NCBI GenBank assembly: GCA_965214705.1
Contig: OZ243972.1
Coordinates: 3,360,001 to 3,424,000 of the forward strand
Direction of reading: 5' to 3'
Length of the DNA: 64,000 bases
DNA from: Alphaproteobacteria bacterium
Lineage (GTDB): Bacteria; Pseudomonadota; Alphaproteobacteria; UBA828
This document shows, piece by piece, positions 31,216-42,157 of the stretch (position 1 is the first letter of the stretch; each line of letters opens with the position of its first letter). Made by a program: the position numbers and the translations under genes. The notes below the pieces were generated by a model. That model did no database searches. It had not been told where the DNA came from and worked only from the letters and a program-made list of their open reading frames with translations.

Positions 31216-31594
31216 GAGGGCACCCCGGGGACGGTGCAATACTGCGTGACCAACCTCGAAGGACCCGCGTGCGTGCCGCAACTACCTACATAACACCATA
31301 TAATACAGTTACGACTTGCCCATCCGCATACGTCATGAGAACCCACCGCCTTACGCCCTCTAGGAACGCGAATATCCATCGTGTGTTTCTCCGCACAGAC
31401 AGACTCGCAACCACTGACATATGCCTTCACTTCCCAGATTGCAACTGATCGGTTCGCGGCGCAAAATTTTATATCAGATAAAAGCCGCCACAATCCTCTT
31501 GTGAAACGACCCAATCACCTGTAATATACTACATATGCAGGAGAGAAAGCGACCCACTCCACTACCTGACATACCCCAACAATATCAAGTTTAG

Positions 31595-33510
31595 GACCAC
31601 ACCGACAAGGCCGGCCAGCCGGTCCGAAGCCATCGCCTCGTGCTCGCCCAGCGCGTCGGCGACAAGGTGCGCCACAGGACGCTGCTCAATCTCGGCACCG
31701 ACTATCCGGTGCCGCGCGAGAAGTGGAAGGCCGTCACCGAACTCGCCGAGGCGCTGCTTCACGGCAAGCCGCCGCTGTTCGAGGGCGAGGCGGATGTGCG
31801 GGCCGCAGCCGAGGACATCGTCGCCAAGCTCAGGGCCAGGGGGTTCCGCGTCGAGGCGATGCAGGAAGAGGCGCGCAAGCCCGACATCGCCACCGTCGAC
31901 CTCGATACCCTGGAGCACGAGAACCCGCGCACGGTCGGCTGCGAGCGCCTGTGCCTCAAGGCCCTCGACGCCCTCGGCTTCGCCGAAATCCTCCACGGCC
32001 TCGACATCAAGGGCCGCGACGGGCGCATCGCCAGCGCGCTGATCGTCGCCAGGATGGTCCATCCCGCCAGCGAGCGTGATACCAGCCGCTGGCTCCGCCA
32101 CGACAGCGCGGCCGCCGAGCTCCTGGGCCTGGAGGGCGACCGCAAGGCGCTGCGGCGCAAGACGCTCTACCGCATCGGCGACCTGCTCTGGCGCCACCGC
32201 GCCGCCATCCAGCGGGAGCTGTTCAACCGTGAGCGCGCACTGCTCGACCTGCCCGAGACGATCGCCTTCTACGATCTCACCAACGTCCACTACCACGGCC
32301 ACACGGGCGGCGAGCTTCCCAGGTTCGGGCGCTCCAAGCAGAAGCGCGACGACTGTCCCCTCATCACGCTGGCGCTGGCGCTCGACGGCGCGGGCTTCCC
32401 GCGCAGTTGCGAGATCCTGCCGGGCAACGTGAGCGAGCCGGGCACGCTGCACGAGGCGCTGGCGCGGCTCGAGGCGGTGTGCGGCGGCACGGCGCCGAAG
32501 CCCACGGTGGTCATGGACGCGGGCATCGCCACCGAGAAAAACATCGCGTGGCTGGGCGAGCAGGGCTACGACTGGATCGCGGTCAGCCGCGGTGCCAGGC
32601 CTGCGCCGCCCGAGGGCGGACCCGAGGCCCTGCTGATCACCAGCGCGCGCCACGAGGTGCGGGCCTGGCGGCTTGCCAGCGAGGACGGCGAGGCGCGGCT
32701 CTACGTCGTCAGCGAGGGCAAGAAGAAGGCCGAGAACGCGATCATCGGCCTGAGGCGGAACCGCTTCGAGGCGGCGCTGGAAAGGCTCCACGGCGGCCTC
32801 CCGGTCAAGGGCCGCCTCAAGCGCTACGACAAGGTGCTGGAGAGCATAGGCCGCCTCAAGCAGCGCTTCTCCGCCGTCGCCAGGCACTACGAGATCACGG
32901 TCGAGAGGGCGAAAACCGGCCCCAATGCCACCGCCGTGCGCTTCAAGCGCAGGCCGCGATACGACGAGGCCGATGAGGGCGCCGGTGCCTATGTGCTGCG
33001 CACCAGCCACGTCGACTGGGACATCGAGACGGTCCTGCGGACGTACTGGCGGATCACGGATATCGAGGCGACATTCCGGAGCCTGAAATCCGAGCTCGGC
33101 CTTCGCCCGATCTGGCACCAGCTCGACCGGCGCATCGCGGCCCACCTGCTGATCGCCGTGCTGGCCTACCACGCCGTGCATCTGATCCGTACCCGGCTGG
33201 CCGCGCGCGGCATCCACAAGTGCTGGGCGTCGATCCGCGAGAGCATGCGGACCTGGGTGCGGATCACCACGCGCCTGCGCCAGACCGACGGCACCTTGAT
33301 CGTCAACCGCCAGGACACGCGCCCGGCCGCCGAGGTTGCCGCAATCTCCTCGGCGGCGGGCGTGGACCCCGCCATCCACCGCACGAGGACCCGTCTGATG
33401 AGCTGACAGAATCTCACAAAATGTGGGGCCATGTTGGAATCGACCGAGAAAAATATCGCGTTGAATCAAACCAATAGGGAACACAGGCAGCGGAAAAGTG
33501 CCAACTTGGG
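31595..33510 (+). mobile_element. Second IS1634-family element, 5'-truncated (transposase ORF 31640..33406)
   Basis: RTLLNLG, FYDLTNVHY, FGRSKQKRDD, MDAGI, IEATFRSLKSELGLRPIWH, RIAAH. In-frame stop at 31592-31594 and no left IR; right end ...gtgccaacttggg. Confidence 0.85.
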
Positions 33511-33603
33511 TTTGGCGAATCTGACGTCCGCCGCATGATGCAGGAGAATGTCATCGCAAGCCCGCCGACCCAGCGACGGACCTCAGCGGACTCTGACTGA
33601 CGC

Positions 33604-34665
33604 CTAAAATATTGATGGCGGTTTGGTCGGGCGCGGAGCGTCCGATGCGCGGAACGGCCAGGTAAACTCACGCCCACCCAGCAGGCCGGCAGGGCGGAAC
33701 ACCAGCACGGCCACCATTGCCAGCGCCAGCACGATCTCCTGCAGCCCGCTCGGCGCGCTGATCGTGACCGAGCCGACCTCGAAGCCCTGCTCGATACGGC
33801 GCAGGAGCTCGATCAGGATGGTCACCGAGACCACGCCCAGCACGGCGCCGGCGAGGCTGCCCATGCCGCCCAGAATCAGCATCGCGAGCGAGATGAAGGT
33901 CATGTCGAGCCAGAAGACATCGACCGATATCGTGCCCAGGTAATGACCGTAGAGGACACCGCCGATGCCGACGAAGAAGGCGCTGAGAGCGAGCGCACCG
34001 ATCCGCAACAGGTAGACGTTGATGCCGGCCGCGCGCGCCGCCACTTCGTCTTCCCGCGATGCGCGCAGGATCAGTCCGAACCGCGTCCCTTGGTAGAGGT
34101 AGGCGACTGCTATCGCCACGGCCGCCCAGGCTAACCCCACGAACTTATCGACGTAGATGGGCAGTCCGATGATCGAGGTCGCGCCGCCGGTCCACGGGTC
34201 CCAATTCTCATAGATCGACTTCATCACCACGAGAACGGCAAAGAGCGCGATGCTCGCCGCTATGCCGGAGAGGCGCATGAGAGGAATACCGATCACCACG
34301 GCGAAGGCGCTCGCGAGGAGACCGGAGATCAACGCCGCCGGCAGCAACGGAACACTGGTTTCCATGAGGAACGGCGGCAGGCCGGTCATGAAGAGCGGTT
34401 TGAGCCCCGGACAGCAGGTCTGCCAGGCCGTTGCATAGGCGCCGATGAGCATGAAGCTGATGTGACCGAACGATACGATCCCGGAGTTGCCGACGAATAT
34501 GTAGAGGCCGACGACGACCACGACATAGATCAGGGCTTCGGTGACGACTCGCTCCAGGACAGGATCGCCGATCCCCCAGGCGATCACGACGAACATGACG
34601 AGGACCAGACTGAGGCCCACCGGCGGCCAGGCGCGCCGGGCAGCGAGCTTGGGGAACGCCACCAC
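33604..34665 (-). CDS. Liv-type ABC transporter permease (LivM-like)
   Basis: GIVSFGHISFMLIGAY, REDEVAARAAGIN, ILGGMGSLAGAVLG. Confidence 0.9.
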   Translation of the reverse strand: MVAFPKLAARRAWPPVGLSLVLVMFVVIAWGIGDPVLERVVTEALIYVVVVVGLYIFVGNSGIVSFGHISFMLIGAYATAWQTCCPGLKPLFMTGLPPFLMETSVPLLPAALISGLLASAFAVVIGIPLMRLSGIAASIALFAVLVVMKSIYENWDPWTGGATSIIGLPIYVDKFVGLAWAAVAIAVAYLYQGTRFGLILRASREDEVAARAAGINVYLLRIGALALSAFFVGIGGVLYGHYLGTISVDVFWLDMTFISLAMLILGGMGSLAGAVLGVVSVTILIELLRRIEQGFEVGSVTISAPSGLQEIVLALAMVAVLVFRPAGLLGGREFTWPFRASDAPRPTKPPSIF

Positions 34666-34669
34666 TTGA

Positions 34670-35578
34670 CTAGACCCGCTGCTTCATCGCGCGCACTTGC
34701 ATGAGGCCCTGCGGCCGCAGCACGAGAATGAAGATCACGAGGCCGAAGACGAAGGCATCGCGCGCCGAACGAAGACCTTCGGGCAGAATGGCCTGCAGGA
34801 TCACCGTGAAGAAGCCGATGACGAAGCCGCCGAGTACGGCGCCGACGATGCTCCCCATGCCGCCCACCACCGTCGCCACGAAGGCTACCAGAACCAGGGG
34901 AATTCCCATGCGGTAGTCGAGCACGCCGGTCTTGGTGACGAGAAGCAGTGCCACAACCGCGGCGAGCAGGCCACTGATTGCGAAGGCGAGTGCGATGACC
35001 GTGTTCGCGCGCACCCCCAGGAAGCGCGCCATACGGAAGTCCTCGGCGGCGGCGCGCATCTGGATGCCGTAGGAGGACTTCCGCAAGAACACTGCCAGTC
35101 CTCCAAGCAGACAGAGGCAAACGAGGATCGTCACGAGGTCGAGGAGTGGCACGCGAAGGCCGGCCCAGGTCAGATGCTCTGCCATTCCCGGCCAAATGTT
35201 GACCGCTTTGGGGCGGCCGCTGTGCACCAGCAGCAGCACGTTCTGCAGCAGATAGCTGACCGCAAACGAGGAAATAAGAAGGGTGGCAGGGGCCGCGTTC
35301 CTCATCGGGCGGAACGCTACCCTCTCTGTCGTCAGCGCGAGCAACATGATGATCGCCACAATCGCGGCGATCAGAAGCGGGGCCGGCCAGTTGCCGATGA
35401 ACTTCGTCGCGACTTGCGCGCTCGAGGGTACCACCAGGGCGTACGCGCCCCATGTAATGTAGTCGCCATACGCAAAATTGATCAGCCGCATGATGCCGAA
35501 GATCAGCCCGATCCCCAGCGCCGCGAGGGCGTAGAGGCCTCCCAGGCTGACCCCGTCGATCACGTACTGGAGGACCAT
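34670..35578 (-). CDS. Liv-type ABC transporter permease (LivH-like)
   Basis: GGLYALAALGIGLIFGIMRLINFAYG, VVGGMGSIVGAVLGG, RPQGL. Confidence 0.92.
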   Translation of the reverse strand: MVLQYVIDGVSLGGLYALAALGIGLIFGIMRLINFAYGDYITWGAYALVVPSSAQVATKFIGNWPAPLLIAAIVAIIMLLALTTERVAFRPMRNAAPATLLISSFAVSYLLQNVLLLVHSGRPKAVNIWPGMAEHLTWAGLRVPLLDLVTILVCLCLLGGLAVFLRKSSYGIQMRAAAEDFRMARFLGVRANTVIALAFAISGLLAAVVALLLVTKTGVLDYRMGIPLVLVAFVATVVGGMGSIVGAVLGGFVIGFFTVILQAILPEGLRSARDAFVFGLVIFILVLRPQGLMQVRAMKQRV

Positions 35579-35590
35579 GGCTGCGAGCCC

Positions 35591-36307
35591 TCAGTCCGCC
35601 AGGAAACCGAAATAGGCTTGATGTAGGTCCTCGTGGTCCTCGAGCTCCTCGCTTGTCCCCGAAAGCTCGATCTGCCCCGTGCGCATAACGTAAATCCGGT
35701 CCGCAACGTCGAAGGCACGTTCCACGCTCTGCTCCACGACGAGCATGGTCACGCCCTGCTCGCGCAGCTCCCAGAGAATGTCGTAGACGGTATCGACCAT
35801 CTGCGGTGCGAGCCCCAAGGAGGGTTCGTCCAGCAACACGATCTGGGGCCCGGTCATGAGCGCGCGCGCGATGACCAGCTGCTGCTGCTCACCGCCAGAG
35901 AGCTTGCCCGCCGGTGCCCTGCGACGCTCCTTGAGGATGGGAAACTGGCCGTATATGCGCTCGACATCCCGCTCGATCGCGCCGCGATCCCTGCGCATCT
36001 TTGTGCCGAGCCGCAGGTTCTCTTCGACCGTGAGGGTGCCGAAGACATGCCGCCCTTCCGGTACGAGCGAGAGCCCGAGGCGGGCGAGAGTCTCGGGCGG
36101 CCTGCCCAGAAGGGGGCTGCCGTTCAGCTCGACCACGCCCTCGGCCTGCTGCAATCCACCGGCGATCGCGAGCAGGGTGGAGGACTTGCCGGCGCCATTG
36201 GGGCCGACGATGCAGACGATTTCGCGCTCTTCCACGTCGAGCGAGACCCCACGGACTGCGGTAATCTCGCCGTAACGAACGTGGAGGTCACTGACGCGCA
36301 GGAGCAC
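35591..36307 (-). CDS. ABC ATP-binding protein (LivF-like)
   Basis: GPNGAGKSS, LSGGEQQQL, LLDEPSLGLAP. Confidence 0.93.
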   Translation of the reverse strand: MLLRVSDLHVRYGEITAVRGVSLDVEEREIVCIVGPNGAGKSSTLLAIAGGLQQAEGVVELNGSPLLGRPPETLARLGLSLVPEGRHVFGTLTVEENLRLGTKMRRDRGAIERDVERIYGQFPILKERRRAPAGKLSGGEQQQLVIARALMTGPQIVLLDEPSLGLAPQMVDTVYDILWELREQGVTMLVVEQSVERAFDVADRIYVMRTGQIELSGTSEELEDHEDLHQAYFGFLAD

Positions 36308-37121
36308 GGCGACGGCGCCTCCTCTTCGAACCGAGATAGGCCTCGATCACGCGCGCGTCGCTGCGGACTTCCTCTGTCGGCCCTTCCGCAATCGTCCGTC
36401 CACCGTCGAGAACGTGCAAGGTTTCGCACACCCCCATGATCACGCGCATGTTGTGCTCGATCAGCAGGACCCCGCATTGAAAGTCTTCGGGAATGCGAGC
36501 GACTGTCGCCATCAGCTGATCGCATTCAGCTTCGTTGAGCCCTGCAGCGGGTTCGTCAAGCAGCAGGAATTTGGGGCGCGGAGCCAGAGCCCGAGCCAGG
36601 CCGATCTGCCGCTCCCCACCATAGGGAAGCGCGCCGGCCTTCAGGTTTGCAAGGTCGGCGATGCCCATCCACTCGAGCACTTCCATTGCGCGGGCCCTAG
36701 CCGCGTTGCGCCTAAGCCCCATGCCGGCCGCGCTCGCTTCGACGTTCTCTCCAACTGTCAGACCTGGGAAGAGACGCACGCCCTGAAAGGTTCGAACCAC
36801 GCCGGCGCGCGCGATGCTATCGGGGCGCCAGCGCGTGATGTCGGTCTTGTCGATCGTAATCAGCCCGATGTCCGGCTTCTGAAAACCGGTCAACACATTG
36901 ATGAGCGTTGTCTTGCCCGCACCGTTCGGCCCGATGAGACCGAGGCAAACGCCAGGTCGGATCGAGAGACTGACATCCTCCAGCGCCGTGACGCCCTCGA
37001 AGTGGACCGAGACGTCACGGCATTCGAGTAGCTGGTGTCCGTCAGCCTGCTCCGAAGCTGCGGCGGTCGGGCCCGCCGCAGCCTGAGCGGGCCCGGACTC
37101 CTCGGCTAGTTGGTCCACCAC
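36288..37121 (-). CDS. ABC ATP-binding protein (LivG-like)
   Basis: GPNGAGKTT, LPYG, LLDEPAAGLN, IEHNM, EAYLG. Confidence 0.93.
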   Translation of the reverse strand: MVDQLAEESGPAQAAAGPTAAASEQADGHQLLECRDVSVHFEGVTALEDVSLSIRPGVCLGLIGPNGAGKTTLINVLTGFQKPDIGLITIDKTDITRWRPDSIARAGVVRTFQGVRLFPGLTVGENVEASAAGMGLRRNAARARAMEVLEWMGIADLANLKAGALPYGGERQIGLARALAPRPKFLLLDEPAAGLNEAECDQLMATVARIPEDFQCGVLLIEHNMRVIMGVCETLHVLDGGRTIAEGPTEEVRSDARVIEAYLGSKRRRRRRAPARQ

Positions 37122-38314
37122 TCTACGTATTCACCGATCCTGGGATCGTAGTAGCCTTGAGGAATAGGCTTCCCGTTTGTGAATTCGAAGACGAGCATTG
37201 GACGCAGGAAGTTCGTGTGAAAATCAGACGTGAATGTTGTCAGCCCCGCCAGCAGGGGTTCATCAGTGAACTTCTCGAGCTCGGCCAGCACCGCATCGGA
37301 GTCGAATGTGCCTGCGCGCTCGACCGCCCGAGACCAAGCGTGCACCACGCTGTGCCCCAGCACGCCTTGCCCGGTCGGTGGCCGCTCACCGTTGCGGCTA
37401 ATGAAATCGTCGACGAACTTGTGAATCTCCGGCCTGGGGTCGTCGCCACGCATTGACGCATAGGAAGCGTAATAGACCTCGTTGAGGTGTTCCGCCGGCA
37501 CCGAATCGTGCCATGCGTCGCCATCCATCGAGACGCCGCCGATCATCGGCGTATCGATCCCGGCCGCGCGGAACTGGCGAATGGCCGCTGGGAAGCCCGG
37601 CGTGACGCCACATATCGCGATGACGTCCGGCGGGGTTTCCAGCGACTTGAACCGGGTAATCTGTGCGGACACCGAGGGGTCGTCGTTCTTATAAGAATCG
37701 CGGCCCAATACGTTCTCTTCGCCGGCAATCTTCACCCATTCTTTGTCGAAGCCGCGACAGACCGATTTGTTGTACTCGATGATTGTGTCGACAAAGACAT
37801 AGGCGGTACGCCATCCCTTGATGTGGTAACCCCAGTGCGCCACCAATGAACCGCTTGCTTCTGCGTCGGTCGCCATGGTGAATACGTAGGGGCCAATCGC
37901 TTTGTTGCCGAGCTTGATGTCGGCGCCACAGGACGAGAAAGCGATAATCTTGTTCTGATTGGCCACCAGAGCCGGCGGCCCACCCATGTCGAAGTCGCAG
38001 GAGACGATCATCATCTGTGCACCACGCGCCACGAGTTCAGCGCCGGCCTTGGCGCCCTGCGCCCGGTCGGTCTTCGTATCCACATGTTGCATTTCGAGTT
38101 TCTTGCCAAGCAACCCACCCGCTTCATTGACTTCGTCAATTGCCATCCGGGCGGCCGCGGTCGGACCTTCGTCGTAGGGCGCCATCCAGCCGCTGGTCGC
38201 AGTGGCTGCGCCAATCAGAATCGTGTCGTCCTCAGCCGAAGCACTTGGAACCAGGGTCGCACTCAACGCGAGCGCGCCTGCCGCAGTGAGTCCTACTAAC
38301 AAGCGATTTGTCAT
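37106..38314 (-). CDS. ABC substrate-binding protein (LivJ/K-like), Sec signal peptide
   Basis: GGAGG RBS, MTNRLLVGLTAAGALAL...ASA-ED, AIDEVNEAGGLLGKKLE. Confidence 0.9.
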   Translation of the reverse strand: MTNRLLVGLTAAGALALSATLVPSASAEDDTILIGAATATSGWMAPYDEGPTAAARMAIDEVNEAGGLLGKKLEMQHVDTKTDRAQGAKAGAELVARGAQMMIVSCDFDMGGPPALVANQNKIIAFSSCGADIKLGNKAIGPYVFTMATDAEASGSLVAHWGYHIKGWRTAYVFVDTIIEYNKSVCRGFDKEWVKIAGEENVLGRDSYKNDDPSVSAQITRFKSLETPPDVIAICGVTPGFPAAIRQFRAAGIDTPMIGGVSMDGDAWHDSVPAEHLNEVYYASYASMRGDDPRPEIHKFVDDFISRNGERPPTGQGVLGHSVVHAWSRAVERAGTFDSDAVLAELEKFTDEPLLAGLTTFTSDFHTNFLRPMLVFEFTNGKPIPQGYYDPRIGEYVEWWTN

Positions 38315-38588
38315 TGTCGCCTCCCCATCCGGGTCGTGCTCGACCCTCGTGTCGTTGTTGTGCTTTCGCGTTCGACCGGGAGGCTGCAATGCCAACCCGT
38401 TCGCCTTCTCCAACGTCGCCACCAATTGTGGCGTTGGCACAACTTGGGCTCGGAATTCTTGTCGTGCGCGTCGAGCCCGCCGGGACTTATCCTGACATGC
38501 GGATACCGAGCCCATATATTGGAACGTAACACGCATCAACTTCGTGGAACAACACGTATGGCGGCCGGCACCGCTCCGGCATGCCCGG

Positions 38589-40267
38589 GGGTGTAGGTCT
38601 GGCATGGCGATCGTAAGTCATTGATTTAGCGCGATTGGCGGGTGGCCGTAGGCAGCCAGAATCGGGTTTTCGTGACAATCGGCCGGTGCAGGGCCGGATT
38701 TTGTCACAACGGCGGCATCCAGCAGTGGTGGGTGGGAACGCTCCGCACCGCGAGATGCGGTAGGATGCCGCGCCGACAACCCAACATCAGACCCAACATC
38801 AGGAGCGTTCCCATGCCAGTGTCGCAGTCTCTCATCGCCTCGTCCATCGACCTTTTGGGCCTGCCTGCCGAAGTCGCCGAAGCGGTCGCCCAGGTGGTGG
38901 AGTTCTGTCGCGAACAGGCTGGGTCTGACCCGTCTGCCGAGACGTTCGAAACGGTTGAGACGGGGCTGCGGGACGCCATGAACGGCTTGGGTTGCAAGCT
39001 CCTTGGGGCCTTCGCCGAGAGCCGCGACGACGGTGCGAGCCGGATCGAGCGCGACGGACAGAGCTGGGTCCGGGTGGCGGCGACGCCGAAGACGATCATG
39101 ACGACGCTCGGTCCCGTGACCTATCGGCGTGCGCGCTATCGCAGCGGCGCGAGCAGCACGTCGCTGGTGCCGGTGGACGAGAGCCTGGGCCTCATCGACG
39201 ACTACCTGACGCGGCCGGCGGCGCAGCTCGGGCTGATGATGATGGGCCACTGTACGCCGCGTGAAGCGGAGGAGTTCTTCGCGAAAATGGGCGGAATGAC
39301 GCCGTCGGTGAGCACGCTGCAGCGCCTGGCCCTGAGCATGCATGAGCACTGGGAGAGCGTCGCCCCGGAGACGCTGGCCAGCATCCGTGAAACCCAGGGC
39401 ATACCGCCCGATGCGGTCACCGCGTCCGTCTCCCTTGACGGCGTCATGGTGGCGCTGCGGGCCGGCGAGGACGGCCGTGCCGAGGCGTGCTGGCGCGAGG
39501 CCTCTTGCGGCACGGTCTCCTTCCACGACGCCGAGGGCCAACGGCTGAAGACCCTCTATCTCGGCCGTATGCCCGAGAGCGGCAAGGCCGCGCTGAAAGC
39601 GCAACTTGCAAGCGAGGTCGCCCATATCCGCCGTGTGAGCCCGAAGATCAGGATCGGCGCCGTCGCCGACGGGGCCGCCGACAACTGGACCTTCCTCGAA
39701 AGCCTCTCGCCCGAGACCGAGGTCATCGACTTCTGGCACGCTTGCGAGCATCTCCGCGTGGCCTCTGACCATGCGGTGGCGCGCCACTGGTTCGAGAAGC
39801 ACCGCGAAATCCTGCGCCACGACCCCCGCGGCGTCGACAAGGTGATCCGGGCACTGCGCTACCTCCTGGACAGGGCAAAGGGGGACCCGGCCGAGATCGA
39901 GCGCGAGCTGGCCTTCTTCCGAAAGCACCGCCATCGGATGCGCTACCACGCCCTGAAGGAAGAGGGCATCGCCATCGGCTCGGGTGTGGTCGAGGCGGCC
40001 TGCAAGACCCTCGTCGCGCAGCGCTTGAAACGCTCGGGCATGCGCTGGCGGATCGACGGCGGGCAGGCGGTTCTGACCTTCCGCGCCCTGATCAAATCCG
40101 GCCTCTTCGACCGGGCATGGGATGCGCTCATGGACGCCCGATCCGGACCAGCTAACGACAACATCAGCCCAACCGAAGTCCTGGCACTCGCTGCTTGACC
40201 AAAATGAACCAGCCCATATCCTTTAGCGCCATCACGACTGGCATATCGCCATACGAGAATCACACCC
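38589..40267 (+). mobile_element. ISKra4/ISLre2-like IS (1679 bp)
   Basis: Ends gggtgtaggtctggcatggcgat / atcgccatacgagaatcacaccc; 8-bp TSD atgcccgg at 38581-38588 and 40268-40275. Confidence 0.9.
38813..40198 (+). CDS. ISKra4/ISLre2-like (Mutator-type DDE) transposase
   Basis: SLDGVM, ADGAADNW, DFWHACEHL, IGSGVVEAACK..V.QRLKRSGMRW. ATG 38813 follows an AGGAG RBS. Confidence 0.88.
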   Translation: MPVSQSLIASSIDLLGLPAEVAEAVAQVVEFCREQAGSDPSAETFETVETGLRDAMNGLGCKLLGAFAESRDDGASRIERDGQSWVRVAATPKTIMTTLGPVTYRRARYRSGASSTSLVPVDESLGLIDDYLTRPAAQLGLMMMGHCTPREAEEFFAKMGGMTPSVSTLQRLALSMHEHWESVAPETLASIRETQGIPPDAVTASVSLDGVMVALRAGEDGRAEACWREASCGTVSFHDAEGQRLKTLYLGRMPESGKAALKAQLASEVAHIRRVSPKIRIGAVADGAADNWTFLESLSPETEVIDFWHACEHLRVASDHAVARHWFEKHREILRHDPRGVDKVIRALRYLLDRAKGDPAEIERELAFFRKHRHRMRYHALKEEGIAIGSGVVEAACKTLVAQRLKRSGMRWRIDGGQAVLTFRALIKSGLFDRAWDALMDARSGPANDNISPTEVLALAA

Positions 40268-40278
40268 ATGCCCGGTTG

Positions 40279-41706
40279 CTAACGCGACTCGATCATACGG
40301 CGGAGCGCGCGTCGGTCCGCCTTGCCGGTTGGCCCGAGTGGAAGTTCCGAGCGCAGGTGCAGGTAATCCGGCAGCTTGTAGTGATCGAGCCGCTCACGCG
40401 CCCAAACGCGTAAGGATGCCAGGTCAGGCTCAATGCCAGAGCGGGGTACCACGCACAGGTGGATGGCCTCGCCGCGCTCTTCGTCCCGCGCGCCAGCTGC
40501 CAACGCTGCGTCGACATCAGGATGGTCCAGAAAAACCGCCTCGACCTCGAGCGGGGACACCTTGTTACCCGCCCGATTGATGATTTCCTTCGCCCGGCCC
40601 TTGAGCGCGACGCGACCATCGGCCCTCGCCTCAGCCAGATCACCGGTGCAGAACCAGCCGTCATCGAACGCCGCCGCGGTCTGATCGGGATCGTCCAGAT
40701 AGCCGCGCATGATGGTGGGCGTCCTGATTTGCAGCTCGCCGTCAGGCTCGGCGATACGATAGGCGATGCCGGGCGCCGGTCTGCCAATCGTTCCCGCGCC
40801 CTCGTCGTACTCGTCAGCGGGCAGGAAGAAGTCGCAGGTGTTGGTCTCGGTCAAACCATAGCCGTCCCAGAGAGCAGCGTCCGGCCACAACCTGCGCAAC
40901 GCGCGACCGAGCGGAGCCGGCAATGTTTCGCCGCCACAATGCACCATGCCGGAGAAGGCCGGAACCTCGGCCTCGGGATCGCGCTGCAGCAGCGCACGGG
41001 CCATCGTCGGCACGATCGCGGTCCGCGTGAGTCCGTGCTGTATGAGGGCGGAGCGCGCCGCATCGGCCCGAAAGCGCTCGTGCACGTACACCGTTCCGCC
41101 GCGCAACAAGGTGAGCAGCGCAACCCACTGTCCGTAGCTGAAGGTGAGCTGCAACACCAATAGAACCCGCTCCTGCTCTCCAAACCGCGCCACCTGATCG
41201 ATCATCTCGAGCTTTGCGGTGTAAGGCTCGTGAGCCAGAACGACGCCTTTGGGAATACCTGTCGAGCCGGAGGTGAAAACGACAAGCGCAGCACCTTCGA
41301 GTAACGCCCGGCGCGCCGGGGCGGGACAGTCGAGCCGAGCGACCGGCGACGCGCCGCGCAGCGCCGCCGGCGCGGGCAAGTCCGCACGCGCGTTGACCAC
41401 AAAACGTGCGGCCGTGCGTTCCAACAAAGCGGACACGGATGCATCCACCGAGGCGCGGTGAACTGGAATTGCAACCGCGCCGGCCCGCCACACGCCGAGC
41501 AGCCCCGCAACATCGCGCGCGCGATTGGAGATGGCGACGAGAACCGGCTCGTCATTGGAAACGCCCTGCGCCCGGAGTTCGCGAGCAATGTCGTCCGCGC
41601 TGGTCAGGAGGGCGTCGTAGCCTAGACTCTCCTCGGCATCCACGAGCGCCGTGCGGTTGCGATGGCGCGCGCAAGCCTCGTTGACGAGATCGCCAAGGTT
41701 AGACAT
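40279..41706 (-). CDS. Class I adenylate-forming enzyme (acyl-CoA synthetase/AMP ligase)
   Basis: FTSGSTGIPKG, GYGLTET, GWFCTGDL, GRAKEIINRAGNKVSPLEVE, LPLGPTGK. Confidence 0.92.
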   Translation of the reverse strand: MSNLGDLVNEACARHRNRTALVDAEESLGYDALLTSADDIARELRAQGVSNDEPVLVAISNRARDVAGLLGVWRAGAVAIPVHRASVDASVSALLERTAARFVVNARADLPAPAALRGASPVARLDCPAPARRALLEGAALVVFTSGSTGIPKGVVLAHEPYTAKLEMIDQVARFGEQERVLLVLQLTFSYGQWVALLTLLRGGTVYVHERFRADAARSALIQHGLTRTAIVPTMARALLQRDPEAEVPAFSGMVHCGGETLPAPLGRALRRLWPDAALWDGYGLTETNTCDFFLPADEYDEGAGTIGRPAPGIAYRIAEPDGELQIRTPTIMRGYLDDPDQTAAAFDDGWFCTGDLAEARADGRVALKGRAKEIINRAGNKVSPLEVEAVFLDHPDVDAALAAGARDEERGEAIHLCVVPRSGIEPDLASLRVWARERLDHYKLPDYLHLRSELPLGPTGKADRRALRRMIESR

Positions 41707-42157
41707 CGGGCCGCCCCCTGGCTAACGGCGTCGCCTTGGTCATCTTGCGCAACCCTGTACGCACCGCTCATCCGTGGCGTGCGCTCCCCTCTGCCAAAGA
41801 TGCGCCAAACCCGATACGCGCACAACACTCCACTCGTTGGAGCGGCGGCAACAGTGTGGAAAATCGGCGCTGGGTTGGGCGGGTCCCGTGGAAACCAAAT
41901 TCGCGCAAACCAAGTTGCCCTCCTCCGCTCGGTTCCACCGGCCGGCGAGCGCGACCGACATGATGCCGATGCGCTCGAATTCCATCAGGACGACCCTGCG
42001 GGAACTGGTCGCAGGGAACACCTGCGGTGCCAAACGGCCGCCCAACATTCGTGCCGACAGCGGATCGATCGGTGATCAGATGCCTCTTGACCCCACCCCA
42101 GCAATCGGCAAGGCTGCGTGCCCGAATATTTTGGGAGTTCAAACGGGGAGGGCAACA

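Noticed and set aside
31212-31514. Low-GC ORF with a PD-(D/E)xK-like segment (DIKF...IWEVKA)
   Set aside because: Too short and unsupported; it could be a nuclease remnant or chance.
33511-33600. 3' tail of a deleted plus-strand gene (FGESDVRRMMQENV...)
   Set aside because: About 29 codons only; the family cannot be assigned.
41791-41810. Sigma-54 promoter for the AMP ligase (minus strand TTGGCGCATCTTTGGCA)
   Set aside because: The GG-N10-GC spacing fits but the -12 element deviates from TTGC, and no enhancer-binding protein gene is nearby.
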